A DNA stretch of 64,000 nucleotides from Lama glama (taxonomy: Eukaryota), in assembly GCA_028534125.1 (NCBI GenBank), contig CM052817.1:57042001-57106000 (forward strand), in the 5' to 3' direction. Below, one piece after another: positions 11,730 to 24,452 of this stretch. How positions within the stretch are numbered: position 1 is the stretch's first letter; the number at the start of each line of letters is the position of its first letter. A program made the position numbers and the translations under genes. Under the pieces are notes generated by a model. That model was given only the letters and a program-made list of their open reading frames with translations. It searched no databases and was not told the origin of the DNA.

Positions 11730-12790
11730 AAGCTATCTTGCATGCCTTCTACAGGTGAGGTTCAATATTAGGAGTTTTTCATACATATTATCTCAGTTTG
11801 TCTTTATGATTACTCTATAAGGTACATATTATCATCTCCATTTAAGGACAGGAAGCTGGAAGCTCAAAGAGTTCACTGAACAACTTAATGTAGGCTGGTA
11901 AAAGACTTGATGAGATTCAAACCAGATTTGCATTTTTGACTACTAGGAATAAAGCCAGGCCTATTAAAATACATAGAGTTCTTAGTTTCAAGAAACAAAA
12001 TCAAACTTGGCAGACAAAGAATTTACTAAAAGACAACTGGGCAGTTCACAGAGTCATCAGGAAGGCTGGAGAACTACAGTGGAATTTCCCAGATGGGCAG
12101 TGCTCCATTATATCACAGAACTCGGCCAGTAAGGGAACAGTCATTCTGGGGCTGGCATGGACTCTAGATGCTAGAGATGAGATTACTGCCATTGGTGCCC
12201 TGGGAAATCAGGCTTGTTGCTGTCACCATTACTCCCAAAGGGCATTCCCCACAAGCCCTGCTTCTCTGTATGACTAAACTCCCACTTACTTAGGTCTTGT
12301 TTTACATATTGTATCATTTAATGTATTTTGTAAGCATTAATGCATCTATTCCTCACAAGGGCTTTATAAGGGTACACTTTCATTATCCTCAATTTCCAGA
12401 CAAAGAACTGAGGCTCAGATAGGTTAAGTGACTTGCCTGGGATCACAAAGCCAGTAGGTGGTAGAGCCACTTAATTCCCATTTGTTAGTGACACTTTTTA
12501 GTTAAAGGGCCATAGTTTTCAAATCACAAAAATCTGAGTTCACATCCTGGCTGTTCAAATCCCTACTCTGAGGGGAAAAAAAATCTGGCACTATGCATCT
12601 AAGTGGTGGAGACTAAGACATGTAGTCATGCCATAGGTTTGAGAGAGGCCGTGAGAGCTAGTACCTGGCATTTTCAGTTTTTTCTGGGGGGGGACCCTGG
12701 CTCTGCCTCTCAACTATGTTCTTGGAAATCACAAACATAGAGAGTGGACTCAGTGGACAACTGAAAAAAATGGCAAATGTCTAAGAAAAT
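11730..12790. mobile_element. Nested MIR and MLT fragments
   Basis: MIR cores at ~11830 and ~12400 (gaactgaggctcagataggttaagtgacttgcctgggatcaca); MLT-like ttagtttcaagaaacaaaa. Confidence 0.6.
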
Positions 12791-12822
12791 CTATCTTTTG
12801 GTTGCTCAACAAGAATATATAC

Positions 12823-13038
12823 TCTTCTTTCCATAAAATTTTTCCCTCTAACATATTACAATTCTTATATAACCGAAAAATACACTCATCAGCAATCCAC
12901 ACCAAAATTATCAATCACTGCATCCAGTGTCAAGTCCAGAATCACTGGATGGTATCTACTCCTCATCTTGGTTTATTTGGTCTTATTATTCTATTAACCC
13001 ATGGGCTTGACTGTATAGTTAGCCACTACCAACATGGT
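12823..13038 (-). pseudogene. Fossil CDC25 catalytic-core exon
   Basis: Long pyrimidine acceptor. SSPWVNRIIRPNKPR*GVDTIQ*F..IADECIFRLYKNCN resembles S.WV..IL....R...I..FI.IA..C..L.NFN. Confidence 0.7.
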
Positions 13039-13105
13039 CTTTATAGAAGATTAGAAGAAAAGGAGTGAAAATGATAGAAAATTTGTTACTAGAAAAATAT
13101 GCCAT

Positions 13106-13497
13106 GTAAGCCATGATAGACTAGGTTATACTACAGCAATAAACAACCCCAAAACCTTAGTGGTTCTAATAATAAAGATGTGTTTTTTACTCCCACTACA
13201 TGTTTATTGTGCATTAGCTGCAACTCTCTCCCCACAGTCTGTGCTCTGAAATCCATGTTGGTGGGGCAACCTCTAACTAATACTGCTGATCTAATGGCCA
13301 AAGGAAAAGAGGATACAGAGGACCATTCACTGGCTTAAATTTCTGCTAGTAGTAATTCACATCACTTCTGCTCACTTTTACTGGCCAAAGATATTAAGAT
13401 AGTAAGTCTGAAGTTAGCGGAGTAGAGAAATATAATATAGTTTCTCTCCTTAGAGAGAAATAGCAAGTATTGGAGAACAATAATACAATCCACCATG
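13106..13497 (-). mobile_element. MLT1 LTR
   Basis: ctaggttatactacagcaataaacaaccccaaaaccttagtgg..cacatcacttctgctcac..gaacaataatacaatc. Confidence 0.7.
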
Positions 13498-13499
13498 CT

Positions 13500-14701
13500 T
13501 ACAATTTTAAATCCTAGTCACAACAAGGAAAATGGGACGGATGTTTCTCCATAAGGTCCTAAGGCCATAGCTTATTTTTATAACTTCTTTGTCCCACTTC
13601 TCATTCTGTCATTGCTTTGCCCACAACCAGCACTTCAGATTGTTGGGATTCTTTACCTGCTAGGCTTTACATGACAATAATGAGAGGAACACAAAGTGAA
13701 GTATGGGTTCCCTCCATTCTTCCCTTACTCTCTTTGGGCAGCTTCAACCTTGACAATCAAAATCAATCATCATGGTCAGCACTATGCCCCTTTTCTATTT
13801 ATCTAATGTCTCTGCTTCCAAATTATTGGAATCACAGTAGTAACCCCAAGGGGAAAGATTCCCTGTGTGGGTCAAAAATCTCTAAACCAACAAAATCCAG
13901 AGTCACAGGGACAATCAGGAAATTTTTTATAAATGGATCAATAGGCATGACAGAACAATGCACCCACTCTCTTTTCCTCCGTGTATCTAGATCTGGATAT
14001 TTTAGTTACTGAAGAGACAATTCTGTGTATTGGTCACTGATTTAGTGAACAAAACACAATTTTAGAACGTACCTTAAACTTATAAGATGCTGTCTCCTAG
14101 ATAGTGCTGTAACTGTATCTCCAGTAGTCTATTCCATGGTTCTGGATGATGGGGGAACATACTAAGACTATGAATAGCATGGGCATTAGCCTACTGTCTT
14201 ACATCTTTCATTGTGAATAATTACTTACTGAAAAGAACATGGCTTTGTTCTTTCACTATGATGGAGTTCCCTGGTGAGAAACAGTTTTGATTGTAGTAAT
14301 ACTTTATAAAGTATTAAGGAAGTCTGTGGATGTTGGAAGAACATGTCAGAATAAGGAAGAAAAATTTAAATCCACAATATGTATCAAAGAGACCTATCAC
14401 TTCCCCTTACTGGTAATAGGACCACCTGGGACATGCCTTATCAGGGACTCAGAATTTAACTCTGACATAGCAGTAAGAGTAGCCAGGTCAGATTTTATGA
14501 AGGGCAATCAATCTTGTTTATTTCATGCATAGCCACCATCCTCTTCATTCATGGCAACTTTTTTCAAAAGCTCATTAATAAAGTACATCAAAGTAGCTTG
14601 GAAAGAAGTCTGCAAACAGGCACAGGGTTATTCATCTTGTTCTGATTAAGAGCCTTCTTTTCAATGAGGTCTGTTTATCAGCATTTACAAAGAAGATGGA
14701 T

Positions 14702-14744
<43 letters not shown>

Positions 14745-16900
14745 GCAGGCAGACAGACAGATAATTATGAACTGATTGCAAGAGATTCGTCTGTGTATTC
14801 TTTCAAACCTCCTTGTCACAAATCCTCCAATCGCATTCCTTCCAAACCTCCGATCATCTAGCCCAATCATTTGCCACAATGAATAGATATACATACTTAT
14901 CTCAGGCTATCTTCCCTTTTAGATGAATTAGATAATGGTGTACACTATTAAATTCTGTTTCCTGAAAATTTTTTTCATTGTCTTTCAAAGCAACCACTGT
15001 ATGAGAATACCCCAACAGTACACATAATTGGTGCCCACATATTGATTAAAGTCATCCATAAAATACACTCAAAATATTTTCTTCCTCAACCAACAGATCA
15101 TAGGGAACTCACAATGATGCTATAAATACAGATTGAGAAAAAGTAGGTAAGTGACCTAACAAACGCACTGGAAGTGTAATCTACCGATCGTGCATCTTGC
15201 TTTACCTTCACTACCTACTCAGGCCCCATTCCATATATCTCACTTCAACTGATGAAAAATTTATTGCTGGGCATCCTAAATGTATGGTTTGTGGTTCAGA
15301 TAACACATAGTTCAAACTGGGCAACTTGGGTGGCTTGGTTGGTCAACTTGTGTCTTTGGTCAGACTTTAGTCTCTGTCAGGGTCCATTAAAAGGCAAGAT
15401 CTCTTTCTTAAAGAAAAAGTTAATTACTGAAAACAGCATGACTTTTCTCCAAAGCCCTAGGTATTTTCACAATGATTTCCCCATATGCCATCAGCCCCAA
15501 TGAACATTTTAATTTGTTTCAGATACTTTGACCACTACTGACTGGATCCACCAACTAGTAAGAGTTGAGAGAGTTGCTAATACTAGTTTAGATCAGCTAC
15601 AGAAGCACCTTTTGCTCTAAACACCACAAAAACCTAGTAGCTTTTGTAAATGAGTCATATGTGGCATACACTGTTTCCAAAATGCAAAGAAGCCCTTGAA
15701 GCATTATCTCTATCTTACTGACAGAGGGAAAAAAAAGTCTAGCAACTTGTCTTTCCAATTTTGAGATATTTCCAGGCATTTCACAGACCACTAGAACTTC
15801 GGAAATTTCACTGAAGTTGTAGATCCCTGTATTGGGGGAGATTTACTTCCTCCTCTTGAGCAATTATGCATCTTCCCAAAGGAAGCATCATGCCATCAAT
15901 ACAGTACACCAACATGATTTCTTGTGGAATGTGGGATAATGAAAGTTCCTGCAAACAAAACTGTGGTACAGAACTGGAGAGCTGATATAACTCTTAAGCA
16001 AAGGTGACCAGGCACATAGTTATCCTTACCAAATAAAAGCAGACCTCTTCAGAGTACTGACTGTGTACTGAGATAGAGAAAACAATCAAGTTAAAAACTT
16101 CCAACTCGAGCCATCCCCTCATGCAGATCAGATACCTGATGCAAGGCACCTAAAGTGGGGAGGAAAATGTCTGCTCTTTCACTTCTGTAACTCTACCATG
16201 CCTCAGAAGACAGATGGAAACACAACTTCTAAAATTCTTTCTTCCTCTCCTAGGTCTAATCTCAACACATGGCTGGGAGCAAAGAGAAAGGATGACTGTA
16301 AAACGCAACAGCTCCCTTACTTAATTCCCTGTAGTTACAGTTCTTTTCTTGTTGTCACAACTCCCCTTAGTCCAGACCTACACGTGGTAGGCATCCAGAT
16401 GCTGGCTCACCTGTGGGACACATATATACATTCTCCAAAGAATCAAACCTAGTGTGAGAGACCAGGGTCCAGCTCAATCTCTCCCACTCGATCTCAACAA
16501 CATCCATTCATGATACACCCCACCCTCACTTGCTGCTGGGCTCCCTCAAATATAGTTCAAGTTCAGCTATCTCCCTCGCCACTTACTTAATACATGAGAA
16601 AATAGAGTATCTTTGCACCACCAAATTTGGGGAATGCAATCCTCCTCAAAGGGCCTATGAGAACTTTGCCAAGTCCCTTAATGTAGGTATCCTCAGACTC
16701 TGCAAGTGATTCTCCTGAAGACTCCCTTCACTTGGCTTTGGACAAAGGTAAGCACCCCATCATGTTCTCACAGTGCAAACACCATTCCAAGGCTAATCAT
16801 GAAGCTTCTTTTTCCTCTCCCAAATCTTTTCATGTGAGCTGAGAACGAGGTGATTGGATGGTAGCTCACAGTAATTCTAGCCCTGAGCAAAAGGCCCTGT
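13500..16900 (-). mobile_element. Degenerate ERVL-class internal region (pol remnants)
   Basis: Minus-strand RT relics SAFIW*G..SYISSPVLYH (~16000) and IPQEIMLVYCIDGMML (~15900, YIDD-like); integrase-like WNRLL..LGD..LNQ*P (~14100). Confidence 0.75.
14703..14762 (+). repeat. (AGAT)n/(AGAC)n tetranucleotide repeat
   Basis: Read directly from the sequence. Confidence 0.95.
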
Positions 16901-16959
16901 AGACATAAATCTTGCCCCAAATGTGGTGGATTTTTTTTCCAATGTGGAATATTTAATAC

Positions 16960-17016
16960 CTGTAATTTTCATCTGTGGATACTAATGCAAATTCCTGAGC
17001 AATAGGAAAAACTCTT
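16960..17016 (-). pseudogene. Fossil CDC25 N-terminal exon
   Basis: tctgtctatctttacag|A..AG|gtatta. Open, phase 2-2, RVFPIAQEFALVSTDENYR (IA.QL.L-like). Joins exon 13038 in phase across the ERVL. Confidence 0.65.
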
Positions 17017-17606
17017 CTGTAAAGATAGACAGACAGAAGAAAGAACTGTAAAGATTTCATTGCAAAATGGTGGGTAACTCCAACAAAACACTTAGATGAA
17101 AGTTAAAATGTAATTATTTAGATTTTTATTACAGTATTTTTAGCACTACACTACTAATAACCAGAATTTAATTTGTTCCAGACAACATTCTAACCTCCTT
17201 AGATACATAATTTCACTCCCACCAATTAAAAGCCATTAACTTTACTAACTCCATTTTACAGATGAGGAAATTGAGACTTAAAGGAATTAATTTGCCAAGG
17301 ACAGACATCTCTTCTTAACACCAAATCACTACACAGTATCTGAATCACTCCATTATACTATCTGTCAATTATCTCTTCCTAATAATTCTCTTACTTGTCT
17401 ACTAATGGCAATATTTTTAACTTTAAAATGCCACAGAAGCACCAGGAGCAGGATTCCCAGCAATGCCCAAATACTTTGCTAACATATTACATTGTTCTGT
17501 AGTTTGGATTAAGTTTTTTTTCTTCTCTATTCCTAGACAAAAATACACGTATCTACATAATGTGTGTAATAAGAAAGAACTGCGAAGTTTTGTTACACAG
17601 GCTTAT

Positions 17607-18421
17607 CTTGGACATATTTTCTTCCTCTTTATTTTCACGTGTTAATAAATCTGACCATGCTGATGCAATTGCCTCTCTCTACTAAAGGGAGAGAGGGGAG
17701 AGAAGAGGAATGAAGAGTCTTTGGATCCAGAAATCCTATTGTCTTCTTAACCAATAGCCTGAGACTGAACACTGAATAAACTTGACTTGATTTCCCTGGA
17801 GTCATCATCTTTCCCCACAGCCTTCCTGGGTGAGAGAAGACGATGGCAGCGGCAAATTCAATGACATGACACTTGGCACACATTCCGAAACTCTTTGATT
17901 GCCCAAGGGCATACAGCATGGCCTTGAATAAATGCAGATTAAACTAAGGACTGTACTTTCTTAGCTTCTTGCCAAAATTTGCTGTCTTTTGAAAAGATTG
18001 TAAATGTAGGAACCTGCAGTCCCTATTACCATTAAATCTTCCACAAAGAGCACCTTTAACTGGAAGGCTTGCTGAGGATTTCATTTTAATACTCTGGTTG
18101 CCAATTTTGAAGGAGGAGAGAGGAAAAGTAGAATTGGAAATTGATGAAGGAATTCTGATTGGGAAAGAAGGAGAAGAGGGGGAGGAGAAACAATGACTAA
18201 TGACATAATTAATATACTTCAGCCTTTGTTTTCTCTAGTGAAGATTCTTTGTTCTCTATTGTTCATCTTTGGGCATAATTTTAATTAAATGAAGCATAAT
18301 ATTTAACTATAGTAAGGGCTGCAATGAGCATAATTCTGCCCCTAAAGTTCACACAGTGCAGGCAGCTGGGTACTACTTTAAAAGTCATCAAAAATGTGGA
18401 GAATAAAATGCTTAAAACCAT
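17607..18421 (-). pseudogene. Fossil REM/linker exons
   Basis: ILFSTFLMTFK at 18421 (FV.TFLLTY-like); LATRVLK at ~18100; open exon REAIASAWSDLLTRENKEEENMSK at 17678-17607. Confidence 0.5.
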
Positions 18422-19192
18422 CTATTTGGTTGATTCAAGCTTATTCAACCTTTTGCTAGTGGGAGCTTTTACTGTACACTTGAGTTGCTTGCTTGATAGT
18501 ATTTGCCTCCAGTGAAATCCCGTTTAGGAACTCATATTCTTTTATATGCTGAGATCCAAACTGTTTTGAACAGGGCTAGCTTCATTAAAATGATTTCTTA
18601 CCGTCACACGGTGACCTAAATGACAATTGACTTTTGCCTTCCATTAGCAGAATGCATTCAGATTTCATTTTCATGTATGAATGCAATTCATGCTTCACAT
18701 CGTGTTATTTTAAACAATACCACAACGTGGATTCATGAACAGTGCTTTAAAATCTATTTCCAGTGCTGTTATCTTTTAAAGGATAAACTATAACAAGTCC
18801 TTTGCCCTTACACATTCTAATTCTCTGAAAATGCATCACAGTATTTAAAAATGATTAGCCTTATACACTCTTAGTGCACCAAAAGCTTCTATTGGAATGT
18901 GCTATAATCAGAAACAAAAGCTTTCTCCCTCTCTCCTACTGCCAGGCATTATAGAACACACAGAAGCAAGAATTGAACTGGCATAAAAATGGCTTTCAAA
19001 CACTGATTAAATAGCAGCAAATCCTTATAATTATTTCCTACTATTGCTACACATTTTGGTTTATCCTATCTCCTACTAGTTAATAATAATAAACCACTCG
19101 TATCAGCCAGATAGTGACTCTAAGATTAGTCTGAAGTTTTACCTCAATGATAGAAAGAGAAGATGGATTTTGGAAATAAATAAGAAACATGC

Positions 19193-20120
19193 CTTGATTC
19201 TCCAGATCCTTCATTTCTCCCATGATTTTTCAGTTCATATTTTTTTTTCACAATTTTGGGACAGATCATATTGCTGCTTCTGAACTCTTGGTGAATACAA
19301 AAAGCCCACAATGGGTGTTTATTTGATCTAACACATGATTAATATGGTGAATTGCATGCAGTCTCAACCTTTTAAATCTCTCTGAAGAATTACATTTCTG
19401 TCCACAGGCATGTCACTGTTAAAAAATGAGCCGCCTAATAAAAGAACACACGGTATATTAATATGTAATTTCTTTCCCAGTATGAATGCTAATTACTGAC
19501 AGTGCAGACCTTATGCTTGCTCTTTGATATGGATCGACTTTCTTGCTCTCTTGGTTTGTGTCATCACTCTTTCTACTCTCATTCACACACATTTTTATTT
19601 TAAAGGCTCCTGAAGATAGGCAGGGGGCCTGTTTAGTGTTTTTCTAGATCTAACACAATCTAGCTTGAAAACTTGTAAAAGGGGGAGGGGGTGAGTGTAT
19701 TCTAATGTACTTCCAGAAATTAATTTGGTTTCCATGAAAAGAAATGTCATTATGTTAAATAATTCCCCTCTTGAAAGTACTTTCTCAGTTGCTTTCTGGC
19801 AGTCTTATTAACCTGTAAAGATAATTCAGTTACCTAGCTTTTTTTTTTCTTATTAGCTTGCAATTGAGCGAGTGTTATGTAAATGTGGGATTTCTACAAA
19901 TTACAGGAGCTTCAAATGTTTGTTCCAATAGTCTTATTTTTGTTTTAAATATCAGAGTCTGGTAGGAAGGAATGATTCTCACACGAGAAATACACAGTCT
20001 TCATCATTTGACCCACCCTTATATCTCTCTTTCTTCATCAAGCCCTTATGTTTATTCCACAGCCCATTTCCAACAAATTCTCTTAGTTCATTTGGGAAAG
20101 CTTTTAATAACACAATAAAT
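19193..20120 (-). pseudogene. Fossil RGS/linker exons
   Basis: Exon at 20120 reads RFIVLLKAF..(frameshift)ENL..WKWAVE. Open, phase-matched exons 19609-19510 and 19327-19193 (..HQEFRSSNM..). Confidence 0.6.
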
Positions 20121-20319
20121 CTCAAAAGGCAAACTTTTGGCCACTTATTAGCCCTTAAAACTATTTGATATCAAAAATATATCCAATGCTCTTTGAGAAC
20201 TTACTTCTTTAGAATTGTGATAAAATTAATCTTACTCCTCCAGTGCCTGGCATAGTGTCTGAGACACACAGAAAGCCCTAGTTATCTTGGTTTCCATCTC
20301 ATCCAGCACTGAACTTTGA

Positions 20320-21488
20320 ACTATTCAGAAATACTTTTGACCAAGTATATGACCATCAATTTAATGAATACTCAAGTTAAACCAGTTGTCTACCAGAAGT
20401 GGTTTAAAAACCAAACTTTATACTGCTTTGACTAACATGTACTTTGGCGGCAGAGAATGAAGCCGACCTCATCTATTTCTAAGATTGAGAAAAGTGGCAA
20501 ATATAACACCTTGACCTTTCATAACTAAAATTTTAAGTTAATGGGATCAGAGTTCATCAAATTGTATCAGAGTTTTCTTTAAGGGTCAGAAAAAGAAGAA
20601 AATCTATTATGAGGATGACCACATTTTAAGCAGTATCAGTGAAAAATAAAAAGACACAACACGATGCCTGGAAGCAGAGAAGCCATCCACATTGCCTGTG
20701 TCAAGACCCAACAGCAATGCCTGACAAACAATCATACATTGAGAATGGAAGAAAACCCAAGTGTGGAAACTAAAGAAACTTGCCTTTGAGTAATTTCACT
20801 TTCCAAATAAGCAGATAAGGAGTTAAGCCCCAGAAAATGGCCATAGCAAGAGATAACCAAAGTCACGTATTAAGTTACTTTTCACAATTTGTTTAGCTGT
20901 GCCCAAGGTCCTCCACCCACGGTGCACAGACAATACACCCAGAATCCAAGACACTTGTCTGACACATAGTAAATGCATGTAAAGATTTGTTGCTGAATGA
21001 ATGTGCCTGTCTGTTCTTAAATAACTAAACTTGTACGTGTTATTTGGTAGCTTAGATAATGCACAAACTTCAGCCCTCAGAATATTAAAGGCTTAGCCTT
21101 ACCTTACCCTGATTACAAACTGTGATAAGAAAGAACTCAAATGTAAAAACAACCTATCAGAAGTTAACAGGCTGGTTTCAGAGTTGGTTATTCATTGTTT
21201 TGTTTTGTTTTGTTTTTAATATTCTCAGGCAATAGTTCAACTTCCAAGGGATCTCTTAGTCTCCAAGCTTTCTGGGCCTCTGTGTTATTGTTTTTCCTGT
21301 GAGGATTGATTGTGATGATTTCCTGGGACCCTGTAAGGCCGTACTGCTGTCTAGGACTGCTGCCAGACTTATTTCCACTGGGTCCTATAATAACTACTCC
21401 TTTCTTCTCATTCTTAGAAATTCCCTGAGTGATTCTTTTCCTTGAAACTCAAAGTTCACAATCAGCATACATACTGAAAGCTTTATTT
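20320..21488 (-). pseudogene. Fossil CDC25 domain exons
   Basis: Exon at 21488 reads MLIVNFEFQGKESLREFL..SQSILTGKTITQRPRKL..LNYCLRIL. Also VSLVSTLGFSSI at ~20780 and VYLPLFSILEIDEVGFI at 20515. Confidence 0.65.
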
Positions 21489-21499
21489 CTATATTAGAA

Positions 21500-21645
21500 T
21501 GAAGGAAGGAAGGAAGGAAGGAAGGAAGGAAGGAAGGAAGGAAGGAAGGAGGGAGGGAGGGAGGGAGGGAGGGAGGGAGGAAGGAAGGAAGGAAGGAAAG
21601 AAAGAAGAAAGAAAGGGAGAAAGGAAGGAGGAAGGGAGGAAGGAA
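21500..21645 (+). repeat. (GAAG)n/(GGAG)n polypurine repeat
   Basis: Read directly from the sequence. Confidence 0.95.
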
Positions 21646-21869
21646 AGTGTTTTATATCAATCATCAGTGTTCTGCCTTCCTTCATAAAATCTAAACATCT
21701 TTTGATAAACATTGTCATCCAAAAATATTTGATCCCTAAGCTTCAATAATTCACCAAATAATAAATAGTTACTTGTAGTTACTTGATCCATTTTACAGTA
21801 TTATCACAGGCATAATATAATAAAATCCTCCCCTCAAAATTGTTTCATATAATGTCCCAGTAATTAACC

Positions 21870-22312
21870 TGGAAAACTCCCCTTGAATAACACATTTTAA
21901 AGAGTCAAATCACCCTGCCCTATCCAACACTGACCTAGCTTGACCTCTCAATTGGTCCAATTCCCTTATTCCTCTTGCTTTATACTCACACAACAAAGGA
22001 ATGTTCTATAAAGCAATATCTATTGATCTCTAACTCTGCTGCATGAAATCAAGAGAAAATGGGACAAAAGGGGACAATTTTGGAAACGAAATAGGAAGAA
22101 GAATGCATCTGAGCCAGAAATGGACATTTTGTAATAGCTGGTTCCATTTCATCATTTTGCCATTTTATCTCTTTTCCTCAATACCAGGCTTCACACGTCT
22201 CTTACAATTTTTACAAGGCATGCATGATTACCTTTGTATCCAGAAAGAAATATTCTACCGGTAAGGGTGGCCAAGTTGTCTCCAAAGACCCACACAGGTT
22301 TGTTTGTTTATT
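21870..22312 (-). pseudogene. Fossil REM exons
   Basis: Exon 22312-22232 is open: NKQTNLCGSLETTWPPLPVEYFFLDTK (SGSLE-like REM start). The exon at ~22036 reads ILLYRTFL..CWIGQGDL. Confidence 0.65.
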
Positions 22313-22399
22313 CTGTCAGCAGTAAAAGAGATAATGTAGCACACCAGTGAGATATTGATCTCCTAATACTTTTTTTTTTCCTTAGATTGTGCCTGAAAT

Positions 22400-22764
22400 A
22401 TTTCCCTTTACCACAGGATATGGAGTTAGAGTATGTGACTCCTGTAATAGTTTTTTAATTTAATTATTTTATTTGCTGACTGATTGCATAATGTCTAATA
22501 GTCTTGACTGAAAAGTGCTTCTCATATTTTATTTTTTGACCTTGCTACACCTAAATGTCTGTAAAGCTTGCTTGCTTTGAGTTGACATTTTAGATATATA
22601 TAGACATAGATCTGATTTCACCATTTGACTTGTCCTCTCTCTTAAACTCTGCGCATTTTATAGGTCTCTCCATGTCACATTATTTCAAATAATTAAAGTT
22701 AAGAGTTTTTTAAAGGCATTAATACATTCAAGTCTTAAGTTATTTAGCAATAGGTTCTGCTTAT
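22400..22764 (-). pseudogene. Fossil RGS exon
   Basis: ctaacag|AT. Reads LLLNNLRLECINAFKKLL..NNVTW(frameshift)..CAEFK..QLKASKLYRHL. Confidence 0.65.
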
Positions 22765-22901
22765 CTGTTAGAATGGGTGATGCTCAACATGGGAGGAAAT
22801 CCAAACAGTTAGCCCAAACGTTTAACATTTGAAAACATTAAAAGATCATTCTGTTGCTCCAGGCAAGAGAAAAGGTATAATCACCAAAGACCAACAGTTA
22901 C

Positions 22902-23724
22902 TGGCAGTGCACTTGCATGCTGGGAGGCATGCCCAGTGATGGCATTATGCAGTGCCCTTTCCAGGTGGAATGCTCTAGATATGGCTGGACTCTAGGTGCA
23001 GAGAGGCCTATTGCAGCGACTGTCACCAGCCAACCTCCTGTCCACAAACCATGGCCATCCACCCTGGAGCACATGCCCCCTGGGCCTAGACTGTGGCTGG
23101 TGACTGAATGACCACAACACAGCCCAGGGCAACTCTTCGGAGGTCATCTGAACACCTTTTACAGAGGAAGGGACATTCAGGTTACGTAATTCTCTTTGGC
23201 TCTCAAAAGTGTGTTCTCGCTTAACATTTTTCAGTGACTCATTTCAGCTCCCTGAATCATCCCGATTCTATTAAAATAAAAATATCCAGACTTTTTATGT
23301 CACCTAATCTCTTAAAAACATTGTTCAGAGCCCCAAGTACCCAGCTGATGACAATTCAACATTTCAAAGAAAGGGATTTTAAAAACTAGGTTTTTAAAAA
23401 TCGTTTGTTTGTAGCACTAGCTACCAACACCCTTCAGCAGTTTATACATAAGTAACACATTTTTTTAACACACAATGCCTATACCTATGAAAGGAAACCT
23501 ATTTGTATTGCAAGCGCTCAAGGCCTGGCAGGTTCATGGATTCAATGGCGCCTGAGGCGGAAAGTCTCGTCGGCCTTATGTATCAAGGCAAACAAAGCCA
23601 GCATCCAGTCAATTATGATAGGAGCTAACCAGTGCGCTTGCGTGGTGCAAGTCATGCTTATATAACACTACATGGGTACTGTGCATGCGGGATAGCACAG
23701 CTGAGTCACTGGGCACCAGACGTC
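22902..23724 (-). pseudogene. Fossil SH3 exons 23724-23499 and 23155-22902
   Basis: In-phase spliced reading TCQALSACNTNR|CSDDLRRVALGCVVVIQ..GWMAMVCGQEVGW. Confidence 0.6.
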
Positions 23725-24452
23725 CTACAAGAGAGCCTGAGAGACTCCATTTTCCCTACACTATTGGAGTAGGAAATAACTATTTCAGATTTCATAGTAG
23801 GACAGAGTTTTTGCTTCCTTTGAGCAACTGCTTTGTTTCCATTATACAGAACTGAGAATCCTATCAAGTTTCTTTTCTTCAGCTGCTAAAAAGCTAGAGT
23901 CAAATTTTCAGCCCACCTCAAGTGAGTAATTTAGATTTCAGATCACTGATGATATGTACTCTTTTTCCAGGGCTTTAACTTATTTTTCTACCTTTACTTT
24001 CCCTTCATTCTGATTTCATTTTTATTCACTCTTTATCCTGTGATCCTGTATATGCATACATTTTAAATTTGAGATTTTTTAACAAGATAAATTATGCACA
24101 ATTAAAACATATATAATGCATATACATGATGGCAAAAAACTGCTCAGAGTATAATCAAACTCTTTTAATGTCTATGATACAATGGCACTCAAGTACAGCA
24201 GACTCAGAAACCAAGACAAGACTATGTATTCATGTCTGTTGGTAATTTTATTATGTGAGATAACATTGGAGGATACAACAAACCTCACTACAGCACTAGA
24301 ACCAACCTGCAGAGATACAAGTCACTGCCTACTGTTGGCTCTTCTCTGTTCATCTGGCCACTACAATCACTAAGAAATTTTAGATGCTCCCAAACAATCA
24401 GCATTCCTAATAAAAACTATTCAAAAGGAGAGAGAAATAGGGGGGAGGTTGT

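Larger units (their letters stand above)
1..22764 (-). pseudogene. Degraded multi-exon gene, 3' part: RGS followed by tandem REM-(CDC25 RasGEF)-RGS modules; continues past base 1
   Basis: More than 25 minus-strand segments with pyrimidine-AG acceptors and GT donors, many phase-compatible. They translate to REM, CDC25 and RGS-like motifs in the correct domain order and are interrupted by stops, frameshifts and repeats. Motifs were matched by eye. Confidence 0.75.

Noticed and set aside
21494..21718. Low-complexity ORFs
   Set aside because: Translations of a microsatellite.
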